This document shows, piece after piece, positions 26,619-32,000 of a stretch of DNA of 32,000 bases. Under the pieces are notes generated by a model. The model worked only from the letters and a program-made list of their open reading frames with translations, searched no databases and was not told where the DNA came from. The translations under genes were made by a program, and so were the position numbers. This stretch comes from Horticoccus luteus (GTDB lineage: Bacteria > Verrucomicrobiota > Verrucomicrobiia > Opitutales > Opitutaceae). The DNA lies in NCBI RefSeq assembly GCF_019464535.1, contig NZ_CP080507.1, positions 480,001-512,000 of the forward strand, read 5' to 3'. Every line of letters starts with the position of its first letter. The stretch's first letter is position 1.

Positions 26619-29255
26619 TCAACTGTGCGGGCGCGACAAGAGCTGCGGTGCGGTTTCCATCTGGCCGCGCGTGACGCCGAGCTGGTTGATCAACCGTAGT
26701 TCCCGCCAAAGCTCCGCGCCGGAAATTTCGCCGCGGAGCAGTTGTTGATAGCGACCGAGCGTGCGGGCGACTTCGTCGGCGGATTCGTTGACGAATTCGA
26801 TGCGAAAATGCCGCGCGCCGAGCGCAATCAAGCGCGAGGCATATTCAGCGCCGGTTTGGGCGCGGTTGTTGTAAACGGTGTTGCGGCAGCCGGCGTCGGC
26901 CTTGAGCGGAAGTTCGGCTCCGACGCGGTCGCGCAGGGCAACGCGGTGCGTTTCGCAGGGGCGTCCGCAGTCGCGATAATCTTTGCCGTCGGAAAGGAAC
27001 GCGCAGAACACGCAGTGCTCCATGTGAAACATCGGCATGTGCTGATGCAGCGTGATGTCGAACGAAGCGCCGGGCGCGGATTGCAGCAGCGCTTCGAGTT
27101 GCGCGAGGTTGAGATCGTAGCTCGCGGTCACGCGCTCCAGGCCGAAACGGGCGAGGAAATAATCGGCGGTGAGCGGGTTGGCGACGTTGAGAGAAAAGTC
27201 CCCGCGTTTGCGGTCCGCGGCGAAGAACGCGAGGTGATCGTAATTCCGCACGAGGTAGCCGTCGGCGGCGCAGGAGCGCACTTGTTGCAGGATCCATTCT
27301 TCGCCGGGTTTGAAGACGCGTGGCGCGCTGGCCCAGATCGAGGACGCGGATCGGTCGGACCAAGGATCGGTGGCCTGCAATTCGCGGAAGCGCGCGACAG
27401 TGGTGCGGTAGTGCTTCGGGTTTTCGAATTCGCAATAGAGGGTGCGCACGCCGGCCGACCACGCCGCCTCCAGTTGTTCGGGCAGGCGAATGACGGCGAC
27501 GACATCGGGGCCGTCTGCAGCGCTCTGGGTGGCGACGGGTGCTGATGCGGCCCGCGGGGGAGTCGAGGCCGACCACGACGTCGCGCGGGAGGCCGCTTCG
27601 ACGAGCGTCCAGCGGGGCGGCGCGGCCCGTTGGCGGTCGAGCTCCGCGACGACTTCGCGACGCAGGCGATTAAGTTCGCTGACCGGCAGAATGACGTCGC
27701 CTTCGAGCAGGGAGGAGAAATCGCCGAGAGTAAACGGCGTGCCGCCCAAGCGGCCGAGTTGGTGGCGCAGGCGCTCGAGCTTCAGCGGTTGTTTGTCGGC
27801 AGGAGTGAGGGGCAGCGCGGACGCGACTTTGGCGACATGGCCGCGACCATCGCGCGCGATGAGGGTCAAGGGCGTGCCGGCGCGGCCGTGGACTTCGAGG
27901 TGCAGGGGCCGTTGAAAACGAATTTGTTCGCCGGCAAAGGTGGCGTGCAGTTCCCGCTCAAGTGCAGGATCGCTGGTCTTCCAGACGCGTTGTCCCGCCT
28001 GCACGCGCCGCCAATCAATGTCGCCGTGGCCGAAATGCAGCGTGGCTTCGTCGCCAGCGACAACGACTTGATATACGCGGCCGCCTTCTTCGCGTTCGTC
28101 GGGCCGACCAGCATCGAAGACGATGCCGTCGCCCGGCTTGAGCGGAGCGGCGAGACGGAGGGAGACAGTCTCGCGTCCCACGTGCGCGACGGTGCCCAGA
28201 AACACGCCGCGTTTGGTGCCGAAGCGGGCATGAGCGAGCGCTTGGTTGTCGATGCCGCGAAACCATCCGGTGTAGAGGCCACGCGAAAACGCCATTTGCA
28301 GTTCGTAGTGCGGGTCAGCCGCGGCGGGGCTGGCAGATTCCGGCGCGCGCGGAGTGGCGGCGGCGGTCGGCGCCCCGAGCACGCGGTCGAGCGCGGTGCG
28401 ATAGACGCGCGTGATACTCGCAACGTATTCCGGAGACTTGAGACGGCCTTCGATTTTCAGCGACGCCACGCCGGCCCGCACGAGATCGGGCAGAACGTCG
28501 ATCCCCGCGAGATCCTGCGGACTCAGCAAGTAGCGGCGATCGCCGAGATCGACCTTCTCGCCATCGGCAATGAGTTCGTAAGGCAGGCGGCACGCTTGGG
28601 CGCATTCGCCGCGATTGGCCGAACGCCCGCCGAGCGATTCACTCGTGAGGCACTGGCCGGAGTAGGCAACGCACAGCGCGCCGTGCACGAACACTTCGAG
28701 CGGCAACGACGTCGACGTGGCCTCTCCGCCTGCGCGGATCTTCGCAATGTCGGCGAGGGAGTTTTCGCGGGCGAGCACGACGAGTTGCGCGCCGAGGTCC
28801 CGGGCGAAGGCGACGCCCGCGGCGCTCGTGATCGTCATCTGCGTTGAGCAGTGGATCGGAAAATCAGGCGAAAGTTGGCGGATCAGCCGGCAGATACCGA
28901 TGTCCTGCACGATCGCGGCGTCGACGCCGGCGGCGATGATCACGCGGAGATATTCCTCGGCGGCGGCCAGTTCATCGGCGAAGACGAGGGTGTTGAACGT
29001 GACGTAGCCGCGCACGCCTCGTTGATGCAGGAATGCCATCAACGCGGGCAGATCGGCGTGCGTGAAGTTGTGTGCGCGCATCCGGGCGTTGAAGCGCTCG
29101 AGGCCGAAGTAGATGGCGTCGGCGCCGTTTTCGACCGCGGCGCGCGCGCATTCCCAATCGCCGGCAGGCGCCAGCAATTCCGGTCGAGCCAGCGCGGGAG
29201 CGACGGCGGGGACGGAAGCAGCGAGAGGTTGGGCGGCGGGCATGGCTGACAGCAT
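26619..29255 (-). CDS. Fused double U32-family protein (peptidase U32 / Fe-S hydroxylase-type), 878 aa
   Basis: ATG at 29255 (MLSAMPAAQPL) lies 8 nt after the MFS stop. The N-terminal U32 core has PELLAPAGDWECARAAVENGADAIYFG and the signature-like EVFVHGALCVAYSGQCLTSESLGGRSANRGECAQACRLPY. The C-terminal half has a second U32-like TIM-barrel-type module with the Cys cluster HMEHCVFCAFLSDGKDYRDCGRPCETH. The extra 145 N-terminal codons of the 1023-aa track ORF overlap the MFS gene and are rejected. Confidence 0.85.
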   Translation of the reverse strand: MLSAMPAAQPLAASVPAVAPALARPELLAPAGDWECARAAVENGADAIYFGLERFNARMRAHNFTHADLPALMAFLHQRGVRGYVTFNTLVFADELAAAEEYLRVIIAAGVDAAIVQDIGICRLIRQLSPDFPIHCSTQMTITSAAGVAFARDLGAQLVVLARENSLADIAKIRAGGEATSTSLPLEVFVHGALCVAYSGQCLTSESLGGRSANRGECAQACRLPYELIADGEKVDLGDRRYLLSPQDLAGIDVLPDLVRAGVASLKIEGRLKSPEYVASITRVYRTALDRVLGAPTAAATPRAPESASPAAADPHYELQMAFSRGLYTGWFRGIDNQALAHARFGTKRGVFLGTVAHVGRETVSLRLAAPLKPGDGIVFDAGRPDEREEGGRVYQVVVAGDEATLHFGHGDIDWRRVQAGQRVWKTSDPALERELHATFAGEQIRFQRPLHLEVHGRAGTPLTLIARDGRGHVAKVASALPLTPADKQPLKLERLRHQLGRLGGTPFTLGDFSSLLEGDVILPVSELNRLRREVVAELDRQRAAPPRWTLVEAASRATSWSASTPPRAASAPVATQSAADGPDVVAVIRLPEQLEAAWSAGVRTLYCEFENPKHYRTTVARFRELQATDPWSDRSASSIWASAPRVFKPGEEWILQQVRSCAADGYLVRNYDHLAFFAADRKRGDFSLNVANPLTADYFLARFGLERVTASYDLNLAQLEALLQSAPGASFDITLHQHMPMFHMEHCVFCAFLSDGKDYRDCGRPCETHRVALRDRVGAELPLKADAGCRNTVYNNRAQTGAEYASRLIALGARHFRIEFVNESADEVARTLGRYQQLLRGEISGAELWRELRLINQLGVTRGQMETAPQLLSRPHS

Positions 29256-29263
29256 GGGCGAAC

Positions 29264-30544
29264 TCAGGCGGCGGGCAACTCGACCTCCGCGACCGGCCGG
29301 TGGCTCGTGGGAAACGGCACCGGCGCGGACACGTGCGGCGCGGCCGCGCGCAGCTGATGCGCGGCGAGAACGGTGAGCAAAAAGAAGCCGCCGGAGGCGT
29401 AGCTCAGCATCGGCAAACCGACCAGCCGGCCGCCGGCTCCCGTCGTGACAAACGCGCCGGCGAGAATGTTGGCGCCCGCCGACGCGGCTTGTTGGAGCGA
29501 GGCGTTGACGCTCATGAAGCCGCCGCGGTAGCGCGCCTCGACGGCGTTGGTGATCATCGCCATCGCGGGCGTGTAGCGACTGGACATCGACACCATAAAG
29601 AGCGCCATCATCACGCAGACGGTGACGAGAGGCGTCGGGCCGAGGCGGGTGAAAACCAGCATGACGACAATCGCCACGACGGACATCCACACGAGCAGGC
29701 GAAATTTATCCACGCGATCGCTCCACCGGCCGACGACGGGCATGCTGAAGAAGGTGCACGCGCCGCCGGCGGCGTAAGCCCACGGGAGTTGGTTGTCGGT
29801 CAATCCCATGTTTGCGATCATGGAAGGAGCGATGAACGGCACGAGGCAGCCGCCCGCCATCACCAGGACTCCGCCGAGAGCGAAGGCGCGCAGGTGGACG
29901 CCGTGCGTGACAATCTCGCGCATCTGGCGAAACGGGTTGGTGGTCAGCACCGCCGTGCGAATGGGCGGGAGCGCGACCGCGGCGAGGATGACGTTTGCCG
30001 CGGCGCAGGCACCGAGCATGATAAACGCCGCGTGCCAGCCGAAGTGGCCGGCGAGCATCAGACCCGCCGGCACGCCCATCACCGACGCGATGGGAAATGC
30101 GCTCATCACGACACTCAACGCCCGCCCGCGACGCTCGATCGGAATGATGTCGCCGACCATGGCCGTGACCATTGAGCCGGAGACGCCGCCGAAAGCGCCC
30201 GCAGCGATCCGGGCGGCGAGCAGCGCGAGATGGGTCGGAGCGAAACCGCACGCGAGGGTGGCGAGGCCGAAACCGGAGTAGAGCGCGATGAGCGCGCGTT
30301 TGCGATCGTAGCGATCGAGGATGAAGCCGCCGGCCAGTCCGCTCACGCCTGCGGCCAAGCCATAACTGGCGACGAGGTGCGAAAATTGCGCGGGCGTGAT
30401 GTCAAACTGCCGCATGAGCTGGGAGCCCAGCGGCATCATGATCATGAAGTCCACGATGTGCGTGAACTGCACGGCCGCGAGCGCCAGCAACGTCGCGCGT
30501 TCGCGGCGTGGCGTGAGGGCGTGATGGACGTCGGCCGAAGGCAT
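29264..30544 (-). CDS. MFS transporter (12-TM, DHA1-like)
   Basis: Highly hydrophobic 426-aa protein. MFS loop 2-3 motif GFILDRYDRKRAL and a repeated 6+6 TM pattern. Confidence 0.85.
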   Translation of the reverse strand: MPSADVHHALTPRRERATLLALAAVQFTHIVDFMIMMPLGSQLMRQFDITPAQFSHLVASYGLAAGVSGLAGGFILDRYDRKRALIALYSGFGLATLACGFAPTHLALLAARIAAGAFGGVSGSMVTAMVGDIIPIERRGRALSVVMSAFPIASVMGVPAGLMLAGHFGWHAAFIMLGACAAANVILAAVALPPIRTAVLTTNPFRQMREIVTHGVHLRAFALGGVLVMAGGCLVPFIAPSMIANMGLTDNQLPWAYAAGGACTFFSMPVVGRWSDRVDKFRLLVWMSVVAIVVMLVFTRLGPTPLVTVCVMMALFMVSMSSRYTPAMAMITNAVEARYRGGFMSVNASLQQAASAGANILAGAFVTTGAGGRLVGLPMLSYASGGFFLLTVLAAHQLRAAAPHVSAPVPFPTSHRPVAEVELPAA

Positions 30545-30582
30545 GAAGGGCGGATCGTTGCCTTTTTAGGCGGAAGCGCAAT

Positions 30583-31485
30583 TCACGAAGCGACGGGCGG
30601 GGCGGGCGGACGCACCGCTTCGCGCAGGGCCTTTAAGAACTGCTCGGCGCCGCGCGTCTGGTAACGTTGCAAATGGCGCACGACGGCCAGTTCGCGGGTG
30701 GGCTCGATGCCGGTCAGCCGGAGGTAGGTCAGCGTTTCCTGATCGCGGGGTTGGCGGGCGAGTTGCGGGAGGATGGAGATGCCCAATCCCAGTGAGACGA
30801 ACATTTTCAACGTGGCGACTTGGGCGCAGCGGTAGCGGATGCGCGGCTCGAAGTTATGATCGCCGAAAAACGCGCGGATTTGCGCGGCGAGCGTGCTGCC
30901 TTGGCCGAGAGTGACGAAATTTTCCCCGGCCAAGTCGTTGATGTTGATCTCGGCGCGTTGCGCGATCGGGTGACTGTGACCGACCACGAGCAACAGGGGA
31001 TCGGTGAACAAAGGCTCGATGGACACCCGGCGGTTATCGAGGGGCAGGGGGACGACAGCGAAATCAACGTCGCCTTCCAGCACGCTCGCGACGAGGTCGT
31101 GGCGGAAATCCTCGCGGGCATCCACCGTGAGATGCGGATGTGACGTGCGAAGCTGGGCGATGAGCGGCGTCACGAGGTAGGGCATCACCGTTTGCACGGC
31201 GCCGACGACGATCCGGCCGGATGCGGTGGGGCTGTCTTGCAACTCCTTGGCGGCGTTTTCGACTTCGAAGAGGATGCGGCGCGCGCGTTCCACGAGGTTT
31301 TCGCCAGCTTCGGTGAGGACGGCGCGTCGACCGAGACGATGGAAAAGCTTACGGCCAATCTCCGCTTCAAGATTTATTATCTGTTGGCTCAAAGCGGGTT
31401 GAGAGACATTGCTTTGGGCGGCAGCCCGCGTGAAATTGCCGCTTTCAGCGACGGCGAGAAGGTAGCGGAGTTGAGTCAGTTCCAT
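30583..31485 (-). CDS. LysR-type transcriptional regulator
   Basis: N-terminal HTH MELTQLRYLLAVAESGNFTRAAAQSNVSQPALSQQIINLEAEIG, plus a ~200-aa substrate-binding domain. 300 aa. Confidence 0.9.
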   Translation of the reverse strand: MELTQLRYLLAVAESGNFTRAAAQSNVSQPALSQQIINLEAEIGRKLFHRLGRRAVLTEAGENLVERARRILFEVENAAKELQDSPTASGRIVVGAVQTVMPYLVTPLIAQLRTSHPHLTVDAREDFRHDLVASVLEGDVDFAVVPLPLDNRRVSIEPLFTDPLLLVVGHSHPIAQRAEININDLAGENFVTLGQGSTLAAQIRAFFGDHNFEPRIRYRCAQVATLKMFVSLGLGISILPQLARQPRDQETLTYLRLTGIEPTRELAVVRHLQRYQTRGAEQFLKALREAVRPPAPPVAS

Positions 31486-31505
31486 AACTTAAAGCGATGG
31501 AAGTG

Positions 31506-31549
31506 ATAGAAAACGCATATTTCACTTATTGCAACGGTGGCGGTATTCT
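31506..31549 (+). promoter_or_regulatory. Candidate LTTR box (ATA-N9-TAT, T-N11-A) abutting a candidate promoter for the 59-aa peptide gene
   Basis: ATAGAAAACGCATAT (31506-31520) fits the T-N11-A dyad. It is immediately followed by TTCACT (31521-31526), a 17-nt spacer and TATTCT (31544-31549), in the 83-bp lysR-divergent intergenic region. Confidence 0.3.
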
Positions 31550-31568
31550 CGGCGGGTAAGGAAAATCC

Positions 31569-31748
31569 ATGAAAACTAACCTAGTTCGTTTAGCGGTCAC
31601 CCTCGGCGTTGCAGCCGTAGCCGCTGTGTTGCTTGTCCGTTCGACGGTCAGCGTTGATTCACTCGTCGGCTTCGGAGCCGTGATTGCACTCATCGCTGGG
31701 CTGGCGACGGAGTATCGGTTGACGGCCCCGCGGGCCGGCAGCCGCTGA
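31569..31748 (+). CDS. Small two-TM membrane peptide (59 aa), not in the ORF track (below 60 aa)
   Basis: ATG 31569 is preceded by AAGGAAAA. Translation: MKTNLVRLAVTLGVAAVAAVLLVRSTVSVDSLVGFGAVIALIAGLATEYRLTAPRAGSR. A strong terminator follows 22 nt after the stop. Divergent from the LysR gene. Confidence 0.55.
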   Translation: MKTNLVRLAVTLGVAAVAAVLLVRSTVSVDSLVGFGAVIALIAGLATEYRLTAPRAGSR

Positions 31749-31769
31749 GCCGGCTTAGTTCCCCTTTCG

Positions 31770-31802
31770 AAGCCCTGAGGTTTGCGCCGCAGGGCTTTTT
31801 TT
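31770..31802 (+). terminator. Rho-independent terminator of the 59-aa peptide gene
   Basis: 8-bp stem AAGCCCTG (31770-31777) / CAGGGCTT (31790-31797), a 12-nt loop and a T-run to 31802. Confidence 0.7.
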
Positions 31803-31834
31803 GTGGCCCGAGGTGACGGGGTGGCGAGCGGGCA

Positions 31835-31865
31835 CAAAAAAACGCGGGCGCGCGGCCCGCGTTTT
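31835..31865 (-). terminator. Rho-independent terminator of the right-edge minus-strand gene
   Basis: 9-bp stem AACGCGGGC (31841-31849) / GCCCGCGTT (31855-31863) with a 5-nt loop. On the minus strand it is followed by a T7 run (complement of A-run 31835-31842). It lies 16 nt past the stop at 31881. Confidence 0.7.
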
Positions 31866-31880
31866 GAGAGAGGAAGGTGA

Positions 31881-32000
31881 TTACACGGCCAGCGGCGGCG
31901 GCGTGGAAACGGGGCGGCGGCGAACAAAAATCGCCACGATCAAAGAGATCAGAAAGTTGAAGATGAAACCGACCACGCCAGCCATGAGCGAGGCGGCGAC
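31881..32000 (-). CDS. C-terminal fragment of a membrane protein (gene continues beyond the window)
   Basis: The reverse-strand frame is open from the window edge: ...VAASLMAGVVGFIFNFLISLIVAIFVRRRPVSTPPPLAV, then stop (TAA, 31883-31881). This is a hydrophobic helix followed by a positively charged tail, and the gene has its own terminator. Confidence 0.5.
   Translation of the reverse strand, partial: VAASLMAGVVGFIFNFLISLIVAIFVRRRPVSTPPPLAV

Noticed and set aside
29256-29690. N-terminal 145 codons of the 1023-aa U32 track ORF
   Set aside because: It overlaps the 3' end of the MFS gene in another frame and is Arg-rich with no U32 similarity. ATG 29255, 8 nt after the MFS stop, starts the conserved region.
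31526-31927. 133-aa minus-strand ORF
   Set aside because: It spans two independent rho-independent terminators and the better-supported 59-aa plus-strand gene. Its composition is Pro/Arg-rich.
1-32000. Mobile elements, CRISPR arrays, tRNA/rRNA genes, prophage or defence islands
   Set aside because: There are no transposase, integrase or recombinase-like translations and no regularly spaced direct repeats. There is no tRNA-like cloverleaf region in the few intergenic gaps, and no compositional island apart from short AT-richer promoter spacers. The window looks like core chromosome.

Overview
GC-rich window, roughly two-thirds G+C by eye, which explains the many long antisense and alternate-frame shadow ORFs in the track. 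It reads as ordinary chromosomal DNA from a diderm bacterium. Protein signatures suggest the PVC group, possibly Verrucomicrobia/Opitutaceae-like: an anti-sigma N-terminus DPQLTAYALGELEG, many MacB/FtsX-type permeases and a TonB-dependent receptor. This taxonomic call is inference only. I support about 28 protein-coding genes. I see no rRNA, tRNA, CRISPR array, transposase or integrase.

Gene content, left to right:
- a membrane protein
- a secreted unknown protein translationally coupled to an OGG1-type 8-oxoguanine glycosylase
- an orphan OppA-like lipoprotein
- an ECF sigma factor with a membrane anti-sigma carrying a large YfbK-like vWA domain
- a monocistronic gene for a small secreted cysteine-rich peptide containing CCCC
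- the tesA / ybbA / ybbP-type triad
- SlyD-type FKBP and ROK/polyphosphate glucokinase
- a LytS/LytTR two-component pair
- a decayed TonB-dependent receptor
- a MacA-adaptor / ATPase / two-paralogous-permease ABC operon
- an adenylate-kinase-like protein with an unrecognised C-terminal domain
- an NtrC-type (sigma-54) regulator with a HAMP/PAS histidine kinase, followed by ElaB/DUF883 and DUF3185 small membrane proteins
- a LysR - MFS - 878-aa double-U32 (Fe-S type) gene string
- a 59-aa membrane peptide divergent from the LysR gene, missed by the ORF track
- a partial membrane-protein gene at the right edge

The most interesting candidates are:
1. the LysR-MFS-fused double U32 locus
2. the AK-like kinase with an unknown C-terminal domain
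3. a sigma-54-type promoter with a structured ~260-nt leader or sRNA in front of the NtrC-like regulator
4. the secreted CCCC mini-protein
5. the sigma/anti-sigma-vWA pair

All family calls come from motifs read by eye. No database search was possible.
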